Shown: one piece after another, positions 33,352 through 42,137 of the stretch
Numbering within the stretch: the stretch's first letter is position 1
How the letters are laid out: each line of letters opens with the position of its first letter
Notes under the pieces: generated by a model
Database searches by the model: none
What the model saw: the letters and a program-made list of their open reading frames with translations, nothing else
Told to the model about the DNA's origin: nothing
Assembly (NCBI GenBank): GCA_964201005.1
Contig: CAXNCS010000003.1
Location: 71,180-135,179, forward strand
DNA length: 64,000 nucleotides
Direction of reading: 5' to 3'
Origin: Myxococcota bacterium
GTDB taxonomy: Bacteria > Myxococcota_A > UBA9042
Program-made: the position numbers and the translations under genes

Positions 33352-35574
33352 ATGGCCAAGAAGATCGTTCGGCGCGGCGGTTGGGGCAGGGCGGTCGGCG
33401 GTCTGGCCGTCGCGGCGCTCTTAGCAGGCCTTCTGGGCTGTGGAGAGGAGGCCGAAAATCCTTCCGGAGCCTGTAGCGCAAGCACAAGCATCGATAGGTC
33501 GGCGGCGCTGGCGGTCCGGGACAGTGCGGGCTCAGCGGCAGTTGGGCAATACGACTTTGATGTCTCGGCCCTGGGTGTTGGGGCGGTCAAGGAGTTTAGC
33601 TTTCAGATCGCCAATACTGCAGCCGCGGTGGCGGCGCTTCCGCTCCGGGTCAAGTCTGCGCAAATACAGGAATTTGACAACGCCGGGCAGCCCATCGCCG
33701 CCAGCCAGTTTGCCTGCGTCGGGCCTGGGGACAAACCCTGTGACCAAGCGAAGTGGCCCGAGGTGGTTCCGGCCGGCTTCGATCCCGCGTGTGCGGAGGC
33801 CGGAGCTGTCAATTCAGCCGCCTTTAAGGTGCGCTATTCCCGGCCGGCGGCACCAGCCGTGCGCTCGGCTCAATTGACTTTGGTCTTTGAGGGTGACGTC
33901 AAACAAGGGGCGACTCCGGTGGTCCTCAAGTTCGGCGCCCGGCTCGGCTCGCCAAAACTCAGCTGTAATCCGCCTGGTTACGATTTTGGCAAGGTCAACT
34001 TGGCCGATGCCGCGTCCACGACCGTGGTTTGTGCCAACACCGGCAAGGCTGAAGCGGTGATCACCCAGGCCAAAATGCTGGGCTCCCTTCCTCTGCTCGC
34101 AAAACTCGGCGGCCACGTGGTGCAAGCGGCTGCCGCGCTCCCGGAAGGTACCCAGGTTGTGGTGCCCGCCGGTTCGACCCTGCCGATCAATGTCTGGTTT
34201 GAGAAACTGCCCAATGAGCAAAAAATGGAGGCCATCCTGCGGCTCGGCACCAATGACCCGACCAAACCGCAGGTGGACCTGAGCTTTACGGTGAATGCGA
34301 CCGGGCCGTGTCTTTCGGCAACGCCTGCGAGCCTGGATTTTGGCGAGCAGCCGCCGGGGGTCCAGGTCAAGAAAGAGGTGCAGATCAAGTCGTGCGGCAC
34401 AGAGGATCTGAAGATCAGTTCGGTTGTCATCGGTGGCGCCGCCGAGCAGGGCTTTGGCGTCTCGCTGGCGACCACTTGCTTTGACGGCAAGGCGCCGACC
34501 GCGGACGCGCCATTGCTCATCCCCAAGGGCGAATCGTGCTCATTATTCGTCACCTACACCGCGCCTCAGCTGGGGGCCGTCAGTGTGGGCTCCTTGGAGA
34601 TCGACAGCTCAGCGGGCAAGAAGAGCGTGGCACTTCAAGGCGCTGGGGCTGCAAGTGTGGCGTGCCCCAAGGCCTGTATGTCTCTGCAGATCAAGGGGGG
34701 CGGGCCGATCAAAGGCGCGGTGGTGCCGCAGACGGAGGTGCAGCTCGACGCCAGCTGCTCGACGCCGGCCAATCAGCCAATCGCCAAGTGGAAGTGGAGT
34801 GTTCAGCAGCCCGCAGGAAGCTACTCCGTACTTGCGCCTTCGGATGCGGCCAAGGCCCCGACATTTCAGCCTAATATTGCAGGAAAGTACACATTTTCGC
34901 TCGAGATCGCCGACGAAATCGGCACCCCCGGCTGTGCGGCTGCGAACTACGAGCTGATGGTCATTCCGGACGACAAATTGCACGTCGAACTGACATGGGA
35001 CACTGCGGCCGACGGCAACAAGACCGATGTGGGCGACAAGGATGGCAAGCTAACCGATGGTAAATACGCCGGATCAGACATGGATCTGCACCTCGCGCAT
35101 CCGGACGCCCTGGACCAGCCCGGACAGGCCGATCTCGACAAGGATGGCTCGCCGGAACCGTGGAACGCCACCTGTTACGATTGTTTTGTGCTCAACACCC
35201 TGCCGCAATGGGGCGATCTGAGCGACTACGACGACGACGCCACCCTGGATCGCGACGACAAGGACGGCTGGGGGCCAGAGAACATCAATCTTTTCTTGCC
35301 GGAACCGGCAGTTCAGTACTTTGTAGGCGTCTATTACTGGTCGGCGAACGGCTTTGGCAAGTCGACACCCACGGTGCGGATCTACTTGGACGGGCAGTCT
35401 TCGCCGTTTGTGGTCAAGACCGGGCCGCTGATGGCGCAAGGCGAGCTTTGGTGTGCCGGCCGGGTGAGCTGGAAGCCGAGCGCGGTGATTCCTTGCAAGA
35501 ATGCAGATGCACAAGGAAATTTGCTGCACAAGGCCGTGCCGCTGCCGTCGCCCGCTGCCCTGAAGTGCAAGTAG
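33352..35574 (+). CDS. Ig-repeat lipoprotein, paralog 4 (same C-terminal domain)
   Basis: ATG 33352 lies 9 nt after the previous stop, with AGGA upstream. Lipobox LLAGLLG/CGEE. Ig-like repeats (YDFGKVNLADAASTTVVCANTGKAEAVI; LDFGEQPPGVQVKKEVQIKSCGTEDLKI) and a PKD-like segment (AKWKWSVQQPAGS..PNIAGKYTFSLEIAD). The C-terminal domain reads LHVELTWDTAADGNKTD..GSDMDLHLAHP..DLDKDGSPEPW..DDDATLDRDDKDGWGPENIN..YFVGVYYWSANGFG..VRIYLDG..GELWCAGRVSWKP. Confidence 0.85.
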   Translation: MAKKIVRRGGWGRAVGGLAVAALLAGLLGCGEEAENPSGACSASTSIDRSAALAVRDSAGSAAVGQYDFDVSALGVGAVKEFSFQIANTAAAVAALPLRVKSAQIQEFDNAGQPIAASQFACVGPGDKPCDQAKWPEVVPAGFDPACAEAGAVNSAAFKVRYSRPAAPAVRSAQLTLVFEGDVKQGATPVVLKFGARLGSPKLSCNPPGYDFGKVNLADAASTTVVCANTGKAEAVITQAKMLGSLPLLAKLGGHVVQAAAALPEGTQVVVPAGSTLPINVWFEKLPNEQKMEAILRLGTNDPTKPQVDLSFTVNATGPCLSATPASLDFGEQPPGVQVKKEVQIKSCGTEDLKISSVVIGGAAEQGFGVSLATTCFDGKAPTADAPLLIPKGESCSLFVTYTAPQLGAVSVGSLEIDSSAGKKSVALQGAGAASVACPKACMSLQIKGGGPIKGAVVPQTEVQLDASCSTPANQPIAKWKWSVQQPAGSYSVLAPSDAAKAPTFQPNIAGKYTFSLEIADEIGTPGCAAANYELMVIPDDKLHVELTWDTAADGNKTDVGDKDGKLTDGKYAGSDMDLHLAHPDALDQPGQADLDKDGSPEPWNATCYDCFVLNTLPQWGDLSDYDDDATLDRDDKDGWGPENINLFLPEPAVQYFVGVYYWSANGFGKSTPTVRIYLDGQSSPFVVKTGPLMAQGELWCAGRVSWKPSAVIPCKNADAQGNLLHKAVPLPSPAALKCK

Positions 35575-35917
35575 GGCCAGTTACGCCAGAAAGCGCACTC
35601 TGAGCCGGTGGGCGGGCTTGCAAGGAGGGATGAGCTGGCGTAGACTCTGTCTCCCTTCCCGGGGTTGGCTCTGCGCTGACTTTCCCAGGGGGCCCTGGCA
35701 CCCGCGCCGGTGCCAGTGAAAGCTATCCGATGGCCGAGCTCCTCTCACCGGGGGCAAGGCCGGACAATCCGACCCCTACGGGCCTGCAATGCAAGCAGGC
35801 GACTGCTCCCACACGGCGTGGGCAGGCGCCTGCGAAATTCGCGCCGAACGTCACAGCCCGACGCGCGAGCCAATTGTAGCCATTCCCAGCAGCAGCAACT
35901 GCAGCCGAGGCAGCGTT

Positions 35918-36196
35918 ATGACCAAGTCCGACCTGATTGAAGTCGTCGCCCAGAAGGCCAGCCTGACCAAAGACAAGGCCGGCACCGTCGTCAACGCCAT
36001 CTTTGAACTGATGGTCGACGCGATGAAGAGCGACGAGCGCATTGAAATCCGCAACTTCGGCAACTTCACCGTGCGCAAGTACCCGCCGTACGTGGGCCGT
36101 AACCCCAAGTCGGGCAACCCGGTTCAGGTCGCTGAGAAGCGCATGCCGTTCTTCAAGGTCGGCCTCGAGCTGAAGAACCGCGTCGACGGCAAGTAA
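35918..36196 (+). CDS. ihfB: HU/IHF-family DNA-bending protein, integration host factor beta-like
   Basis: In-frame ATG 35918 within ORF 35789-36196 (GAGG upstream). MTKSDLIEVVAQKASLTKDKAGTVVNAIFELMVDAMKSDERIEIRNFGNFTVRKYPPYVGRNPKSGNPVQVAEKRMPFFKVGLELKNRVDG matches the IHF-beta pattern (MTKSELIE.., RIEIRGFGSF.., GRNPKTG.., .PHFKPGKELR.RV). Confidence 0.85.
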   Translation: MTKSDLIEVVAQKASLTKDKAGTVVNAIFELMVDAMKSDERIEIRNFGNFTVRKYPPYVGRNPKSGNPVQVAEKRMPFFKVGLELKNRVDGK

Positions 36197-36317
36197 GGGC
36201 TCCCCCGAGTTTGTCTCGGGTAGAGTTCCTATGCTGGCCCACGTCTCGCTGCTGCGGAGAACTCCGTTTGCACTGGGGCGTGTAGGTCAGTGCCGGGCCA
36301 CGGCTCGTTGAGTTGTT

Positions 36318-36380
36318 CCGCGACCGCGCGGGCTGGCCGGGTCCCCAGGACCACCAGCCCAGCGCGGTCGCGGCGTTTTT
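36318..36380 (+). terminator. Rho-independent terminator after the IHF-like gene
   Basis: CCGCGACCGCGC-GGGCTGG .. CCAGCCC-A-GCGCGGTCGCGG forms a long GC-rich stem and is followed by CGTTTTTCG. Confidence 0.7.
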
Positions 36381-36416
36381 CGCCGATCGTTGCGATTGGC
36401 CGTTCCAAGAGGTCGC

Positions 36417-37862
36417 ATGTCCTCCTCCGCCCAAGCCACCACCTCAGAAACCGCCTCGACCGGCGCGACCGATGCAGATCGCGCGGCGCCGATTGGCTCT
36501 CCGCACCTGCCGATCGCCCTGCCGGGGCTGCCGGTGGCGCGGATTTGCGACATTGCCCAGTTTGAAGGTCAGCGCGTGCAGATTCGCGGCTGGCTGTACA
36601 ATCGCCGCAGCAAGGGCAAGCTCCACTTTCTGCAAGTCCGCGACGGCTCGGGGATTATCCAAGCTGTGATGTTCAAGGGCGACGTCGACGAAGCCACCTT
36701 TGTCCAAGCGGATCACTTGAGCCAAGAGAGCTCGATGCTCGTCAGCGGCACGGTGCGCAAGGATGAGCGCTCGGCCATTGGCTTTGAGCTCGCGTGTGAC
36801 GGCCTAGTGCTCGTCAAGGCTGCCGACCCCGACTACCCGATCTCGCCAAAAGACCACGGCGTAGCATTTCTAATGGATCACAGGCACTTGTGGCTTCGGT
36901 CGCGGCGCCAGGCGGCGATCATCCGGGTGCGGGCGCGCATCATCAAGTCGATCCGCGACTTTTTTGACAGCCGCGGCTTTGTGCTGATGGACACTCCGAT
37001 CTTTACGCCCAACGCCTGTGAAGGCACCTCGACGCTGTTTGAGACCGAATACCACGGCCAAATGGCTTATCTGAGTCAGTCGGGGCAGCTCTACAACGAA
37101 GCCAACGCGATGGCGCTGGGCAAGGTGTACGCCTTTGGCCCGACTTTCCGCGCGGAGAAATCCAAGACCCGCAGGCATTTGACCGAGTTCTGGATGGTCG
37201 AGCCGGAGGCGGCTTACCTGGACCTGGACGGGGTGATGGAGCTGTCGGAGGACCTGCTGTGCACGATCGCCGCCGAAGTGCTGCGCGATTGCCAGGTCGA
37301 GCTCGACACGATTGACAGCATTCGCTCTGAGGCGGAAGAGCAGAAGCAACTGCTGCCGCGGCGCGAGGCGTTGGCGCGGATTCACAAGCCGTTTCCGCGC
37401 ATCGACCACCACGAAGCGGTGCGGCAGCTGCAGGCGATGGGCTCGGACATCACCTTTGCCGACGACCTGGGCGCCGATGACGAGACGCTGCTGACCCAGC
37501 AGTATCCGACGCCGATCTTTGTCAGTCGCTATCCCGCGGAAGTAAAGGCCTTCTACATGAAGCGCGATCCGGCTGAGCCTGAGCGCTCGCTGTCGGTCGA
37601 TATGTTGGCGCCAGAGGGCTACGGCGAGATCGTCGGCGGCGGCCAGCGCGAAGACGACTATGAGACGCTGCTGGCGGCCATTCGCAAGCACGGTCTGCCG
37701 CTGGAGTCGTTTGACTGGTACCTGGATCTGCGCAAGTTCGGCTCCGTGCCCCACGGCGGCTTTGGCTTGGGCGTGGAGCGCACGGTGGCCTGGGTGTGTG
37801 GTCTGCCGCATGTCCGCGAGACAATTCCGTTTGCTCGCATGATGGACCGGCTGCGACCGTAA
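36417..37862 (+). CDS. asnS: Asparaginyl-tRNA synthetase (class IIb)
   Basis: ORF 36390-37862, with the likely start at ATG 36417. It has an OB-fold N-terminus ([31 protein letters not shown]) and class II motifs [21 protein letters not shown] and [28 protein letters not shown]. The FRAE.S.T.RHL.EFWM.E signature is typical of AsnRS rather than AspRS. Confidence 0.85.
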   Translation: MSSSAQATTSETASTGATDADRAAPIGSPHLPIALPGLPVARICDIAQFEGQRVQIRGWLYNRRSKGKLHFLQVRDGSGIIQAVMFKGDVDEATFVQADHLSQESSMLVSGTVRKDERSAIGFELACDGLVLVKAADPDYPISPKDHGVAFLMDHRHLWLRSRRQAAIIRVRARIIKSIRDFFDSRGFVLMDTPIFTPNACEGTSTLFETEYHGQMAYLSQSGQLYNEANAMALGKVYAFGPTFRAEKSKTRRHLTEFWMVEPEAAYLDLDGVMELSEDLLCTIAAEVLRDCQVELDTIDSIRSEAEEQKQLLPRREALARIHKPFPRIDHHEAVRQLQAMGSDITFADDLGADDETLLTQQYPTPIFVSRYPAEVKAFYMKRDPAEPERSLSVDMLAPEGYGEIVGGGQREDDYETLLAAIRKHGLPLESFDWYLDLRKFGSVPHGGFGLGVERTVAWVCGLPHVRETIPFARMMDRLRP

Positions 37863-37969
37863 CCGCGGCTCAGAGGGACGAACCGCGTCCCGGCAGAAGG
37901 CTCCCGAATCTGCGCCAAAGCGGTGGCCGCAGGCGCGATCAAAGTCGCGGGTTTGGGCGCCAGAGAAGT

Positions 37970-37998
37970 TTGACAGCGAATGCGCCGCAAGTTACGTT
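37970..37998 (+). promoter_or_regulatory. Candidate sigma70-type promoter upstream of the PP2C gene
   Basis: TTGACA (37970-37975), a 17-nt spacer, then TACGTT (37993-37998). This is a motif match only and the -10 element is weak. Confidence 0.25.
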
Positions 37999-38086
37999 CC
38001 AGCGAAGGTTCTGCGTTCCGCACCTGCGGCCCGTGGGCGGGTGGGACGGCGGACAGCGACCCAGCGCGGGTTGCCGAGGCGAGGGC

Positions 38087-39022
38087 ATGGTCAATCATAA
38101 GAAGCAGACCTCGCGCGATCCAGCCCGACCGGCGGCGGCGCGGGCTTCGGCGGGAAAAGCGCGCTTGCGCCTCGAAGTCCATGGGATGACCGATGTCGGC
38201 CTGGTCCGGGATGGCAATGAGGACGCCCTTTTGCTCCTCGGCGGCGAGCACTTGTTTGTCGTCGCCGACGGCATGGGCGGTCACTCCGCCGGTGAGGTGG
38301 CCTCCGCCTACACCATTGAAAGCATGAAAGCTTTCTACGAAAATCCCGATCTGACCAAGAGGGTGAAGGCGGCCTATCTGCGGGCTCGCAAGGCCAAGAA
38401 GGAAATTCCGCAGTCTGAGGCGTCGATGCAGGCCTTCCGGCTCAAGAAAGCCGTGGAGAGCGCCAACCTGACCGTGTTCCAATTGGCTCAGCAGCACGAG
38501 CAGTTGCGCGACATGGGCACGACGGTCGTGGCCGCCTATGTCAACGGCTCCAAGCTGCACGTGGCCAACGTCGGCGACAGCCGCATGTACCGCCTGCGGG
38601 CCGGCAAGCTGCACCAGTTGACCGAAGACCACTCGTTGCTGAATGAATACATCAAGATGAACCTGCTAGCGCCCGAGGAGATCGAGGCATTTCCGTACAA
38701 GAACGTGATTGTGCGGGCCTTGGGGCTACAGGAGGCGGTCGCGGTCGACATCTTTGGCTACACCGTCCGCTCCGGCGATCAATACCTGCTTTGCAGCGAT
38801 GGCCTGACCGATCTGGTGCGGGACGCTGAAATCCGCGCGGTGCTCGACAATGCGCCGACCGCTGCGGCGGCCTGTCACCGGCTCACGGAGCTGGCCAAAG
38901 CCCGCGGCGGGCATGACAATATCACCACGCTGCTGGTGCGGGCCCATCCCAATGACTGGGCGCCTCTGCCACCGCCGCCGCCGAGCATCGGGCCGCCCAG
39001 TGGTCCTGCGCCCACCGACTGA
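38087..39022 (+). CDS. PP2C-family Ser/Thr protein phosphatase
   Basis: In-frame ATG 38087 within ORF 37796-39022 (GAGG upstream). PP2C motifs: GLVRDGNEDA, FVVADGMGGHSAGEVAS, GTTVVAAYV, VANVGDSRMYRL, LLCSDGLTD, GGHDNITTLLVRA. It ends in a Pro-rich tail. The start could instead be the downstream MTDVG. Confidence 0.85.
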   Translation: MVNHKKQTSRDPARPAAARASAGKARLRLEVHGMTDVGLVRDGNEDALLLLGGEHLFVVADGMGGHSAGEVASAYTIESMKAFYENPDLTKRVKAAYLRARKAKKEIPQSEASMQAFRLKKAVESANLTVFQLAQQHEQLRDMGTTVVAAYVNGSKLHVANVGDSRMYRLRAGKLHQLTEDHSLLNEYIKMNLLAPEEIEAFPYKNVIVRALGLQEAVAVDIFGYTVRSGDQYLLCSDGLTDLVRDAEIRAVLDNAPTAAAACHRLTELAKARGGHDNITTLLVRAHPNDWAPLPPPPPSIGPPSGPAPTD

Positions 39023-39121
39023 TCGCGTCTGCCCGCGCATTGGCTGTGCCGCCGGAACAATCACCGCGGCCGGCCGCCGGGTAACGACTTCGCCGCATCG
39101 CCGCGGCGTCAGAGAAAATCC

Positions 39122-40156
39122 ATGGAAACCAAGAAGTACAGGGTGGCAGTGCTGGGAGCTACCGGCGCGGTCGGCCGAGAAATGCTCAACGTGCTGGACG
39201 AGTTGCGCTTGCCCGTCAGCGAGGTCATCGCTCTTGCATCGGCGCGCTCGGAAGGCGAAGAGGTCGAGTTTGGCCGGCGGACCCTCAAGGTCAAGCTCGC
39301 GAGACCAGAGGCTTTTGACGGCGTGGACATCGTGCTGGCCTCTGCGGGCTCGGCGGTGTCCAAGCTGCTCTTGCCTGAGGCCGCCAAACGCGGCGCGCTG
39401 TGCATCGACAATTCCAGCGCCTTTCGCATGGTTCCAGAAGTGCCGCTGGTGGTTCCTGAGGTCAATCCCGAAGCGATGATCCGCCACAACGGCATTATCG
39501 CCAACCCCAATTGCTCGACCATCCAGTTGGTGGTGGCGCTCAAGCCGCTGCACGACGCGGCTGGGCTGCGCAAAGTCGTGGTGACGACTTACCAATCGAC
39601 TTCCGGCGCCGGCAAGAAGGGCATGGATGAGCTGCACGATCAGACGGTCGCCCTGCTGAACAGCCGGCCCTTTGAGGTCGAGGTGCACCACGCGCGCATC
39701 GCCTTCAACGTCGTGCCGCACATTGGCGCCGCGGGCGCGGACGGCTATACCGAAGAGGAGCTCAAGCTCCTGTACGAAACCCGCAAGATCATGGGGTTGC
39801 CAGATTTGCTGGTGAGCCCGACGGCGGTGCGCGTGCCGGTGTTTGCCTGCCACAGCGAGTCGGTGCTGTGCGAGTTTGACCGGCCGATGTCGCCCGAACT
39901 GGCCCGGGAACTCTTGGGCAAAGCGCCAGGCGTCAAGGTTGTGGACGATCTGGCGCAGAAGCAGTACCCGATGCCGATGGATGTCGCTGGCACCGATGAG
40001 GTGTATGTGGGCAGAATCCGTCGGGATCTTGCGAGTCCGCTGGGGCTGGCGATGTGGGTGGTGGCCGACAACCTGCGCAAGGGTGCGGCGACCAACGCGG
40101 TGCAGATTGCCCAGCTGGCGATCAAGGCCGGCTTGGTTCACGGCGCGCGCAGTTAG
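39122..40156 (+). CDS. asd: Aspartate-semialdehyde dehydrogenase
   Basis: YRVAVLGATGAVGREMLNVL (NAD(P)-binding), IIANPNCSTIQLVVALKPLH (active-site Cys), VTTYQSTSGAGKKGMDEL, RVPVFACHSESV. The 344-aa length is typical. Confidence 0.9.
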   Translation: METKKYRVAVLGATGAVGREMLNVLDELRLPVSEVIALASARSEGEEVEFGRRTLKVKLARPEAFDGVDIVLASAGSAVSKLLLPEAAKRGALCIDNSSAFRMVPEVPLVVPEVNPEAMIRHNGIIANPNCSTIQLVVALKPLHDAAGLRKVVVTTYQSTSGAGKKGMDELHDQTVALLNSRPFEVEVHHARIAFNVVPHIGAAGADGYTEEELKLLYETRKIMGLPDLLVSPTAVRVPVFACHSESVLCEFDRPMSPELARELLGKAPGVKVVDDLAQKQYPMPMDVAGTDEVYVGRIRRDLASPLGLAMWVVADNLRKGAATNAVQIAQLAIKAGLVHGARS

Positions 40157-40357
40157 CCGAGGCGCTTGCCAAAATGGCACACCATGGCCCCGCAGCCGGC
40201 GCAAGCTGTGCCTCTGCGTCTGCGCGGGCCGGAGCTGCTCCGGGAACAATCGACCGGGGCAACGGGGTTTGCGAAGGGCACGCGGTTGGCACGGCCCGTG
40301 CATCCTCGCATAGAGACGGCGGGACTTCTGCAAACGCGCCGCCGCGGAGTTTCTAGG

Positions 40358-42124
40358 ATGCTGCAGCCGCTCCACCGTCGTGTGCTCCTGATTTCGTCCC
40401 TGCTTGTGGCCCTGATGGCCGCGCTCGGGGCGTCCGCGTATGCCGTGCCCACTGTGCAGATCCTCAAGATCGAAGCGGCCACGGGATCGGATTGGACGCC
40501 GCCTACGCATTTTGGCCTGGGTCCATCGACGCCCGGGGCCACGGACGACGTCCACTACATCAACAAAGCGGACTGTAAGGCGGTGATTGCCGCGACAAAT
40601 CCGCGGGTCAAGGTGTCGTGGACTTGGTCGCCGTCTCTGGTGCTGGGCACCACGTACACGGGGATCACCAAAGTGGCGCCGCGCGGCAAGAGCTGTACGG
40701 AGACCGCGCTCCAAGAGACCGACACCGCTACGGCGTGCATTGTCGGCGCGGAGGTCACCTACCAGATCGGCAAGACCTACACCTTTGAGGTCGACGTGCG
40801 CGATCTGATTGGCACGGAGACCACTTGCGAGGAGAAGGTTGAGCAAGACGCCTTCTTGTACCTGCTGGTCAACGATCAGGCGTCTGTGGGCGTCAACCAG
40901 GCGGTGGTGGCGTTTAAGTCGCGGATCACCGTGGACTTGGCCGGGCCCGTCGCGCCGACGATCTCAAGTGTGACCCCGGGTGGCGAGAATCTGCGCGTGG
41001 TGTGGAGCCACGCCGACGAGTCGGTGGTTTCCGGCAGCTACGTGTACTGGGCGGAATTGTCCTTTGATTCCTCGCAGGTGACCAGTGGTGCCGTCAAGGT
41101 CAGCAAGTCGGATCTGCTCACGTCTACCAGCCACCAGATCACCGGGCTGACCAACGGCAAGCTCTACTATGTGGGCGTGGTGTCGGTGGACAGCCATGAC
41201 AACGAGTCCGACTACTCTAAGCTGATCACTGGCACGCCGATCGAAGTGCTGGACGGCTGGCAGTACTACAAGGGCGAGGGCGGTGCGGACGAAGGCGGGT
41301 TTGCCCCGTGCAGCGCCGGTCGCACCCCTGCCTCGCTGAGCTGGGCTCTGGGGCTGCTGGCGGTTGGGCTGGTCGTGGCCCTGCGCCGCCGCCGTCCATT
41401 TGGTTTGGGCGCGCTGGGGGTGGTCGGACTGCTTGCGCTGGGTGCGCTGGTGCCGCAGCCGGTCCAGGCCGCGTCGCCGCTGACCAGCAGCATGGACGTG
41501 CGCGTGACCCGCTACCAGCCGGCGATCGACTCCGCGTTCAGCGGCAAGGCCAAGCCCTATGCCGACGTATTTGGCGATTCCGCCTGGCAGTTTGGCATGA
41601 GCTACGATACCCGCCTGTGGGATCGCTTTGGCACTCTTTCTGCGGGTTTTGGCCTCAACTACTGGTCCAAAGAGGGCAAAGGCGTGGTCAAGGCCACCGG
41701 CGAAGCGAGCGGCGACACCACTTCGCTGCAGGTCATGCCGCTGTCTCTCGACCTGGTGTACCGCTTTGACCCCCTGGCCGAGCGCTGGGGCATTCCGTTT
41801 GTCCCCTACGCCAAGCTGGGGCTGATGTACAACGTTTGGTGGATGCGCAACGGCATCGACGAGATTGCCACCACCACCAGCAGCGACGGCACCAAGCAAG
41901 AGGCGCTGGGGGCCACAGGCGGCTGGCACGGCACCTTGGGCCTGCGCTTTATGCTCGACGTGTTGGAGCCGCAGTCCCAGCGCAGCTTTGACATTGAGAT
42001 GGGCGTCAACCACAGCTACTTGTTTGCCGAATACCAGATGATGACCGCGGACGACTTTGGTTCGGGCAAGAGCATGGTGTTGTCCGACGACTTGTTTGTG
42101 TTTGGGCTGGCCTTTGACCTCTGA
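40358..42124 (+). CDS. Composite envelope protein: signal peptide, unknown domain, FN3-like domain, internal MYXO-CTERM-like tag, second signal-like segment, then a C-terminal beta-barrel-type domain
   Basis: ORF 40166-42124, with the start moved to ATG 40358 (GGAG upstream; MLQPLHRRVLLISSLLVALMAALGASAYA/VP). FN3-like segment: PVAPTISSVTPGGENLRVVWSH..LTNGKLYYVGVVSVDSHDNES. Then GGFAPCSAGRTPASLSWALGLLAVGLVVALRRRR (nt 41294-41395), then PFGLGALGVVGLLALGALVPQPVQA/AS. About 210 aa with barrel-like alternating strands follow, ending LFVFGLAFDL. Confidence 0.75.
   Translation: MLQPLHRRVLLISSLLVALMAALGASAYAVPTVQILKIEAATGSDWTPPTHFGLGPSTPGATDDVHYINKADCKAVIAATNPRVKVSWTWSPSLVLGTTYTGITKVAPRGKSCTETALQETDTATACIVGAEVTYQIGKTYTFEVDVRDLIGTETTCEEKVEQDAFLYLLVNDQASVGVNQAVVAFKSRITVDLAGPVAPTISSVTPGGENLRVVWSHADESVVSGSYVYWAELSFDSSQVTSGAVKVSKSDLLTSTSHQITGLTNGKLYYVGVVSVDSHDNESDYSKLITGTPIEVLDGWQYYKGEGGADEGGFAPCSAGRTPASLSWALGLLAVGLVVALRRRRPFGLGALGVVGLLALGALVPQPVQAASPLTSSMDVRVTRYQPAIDSAFSGKAKPYADVFGDSAWQFGMSYDTRLWDRFGTLSAGFGLNYWSKEGKGVVKATGEASGDTTSLQVMPLSLDLVYRFDPLAERWGIPFVPYAKLGLMYNVWWMRNGIDEIATTTSSDGTKQEALGATGGWHGTLGLRFMLDVLEPQSQRSFDIEMGVNHSYLFAEYQMMTADDFGSGKSMVLSDDLFVFGLAFDL
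41294..41395 (+). other. Internal MYXO-CTERM-like segment (Gly-x-x-x-Cys, hydrophobic helix, RRRR) in the middle of an ORF
   Basis: GGFAPCSAGRTPASLSWALGLLAVGLVVALRRRR has the same architecture as the genuine C-terminal tag at 2897-2986, but here about 240 further codons follow with no stop codon. Confidence 0.55.
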
Positions 42125-42137
42125 GATCCCAAGGCCC

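Noticed and set aside
35575-35917. Possible RNase P RNA, SRP RNA, tmRNA or 6S RNA in the long intergenic region
   Set aside because: I could not find the conserved cores (RNase P GAGGAAAGUCC, the SRP GGAA/AGCA domain IV motif, or the tmRNA tag ORF and tRNA-like ends). It is kept only as an unclassified structured region.
38726-40846. 706-aa - strand ORF
   Set aside because: It is antisense to asd and the PP2C 3' end, both of which carry diagnostic motifs on the + strand.
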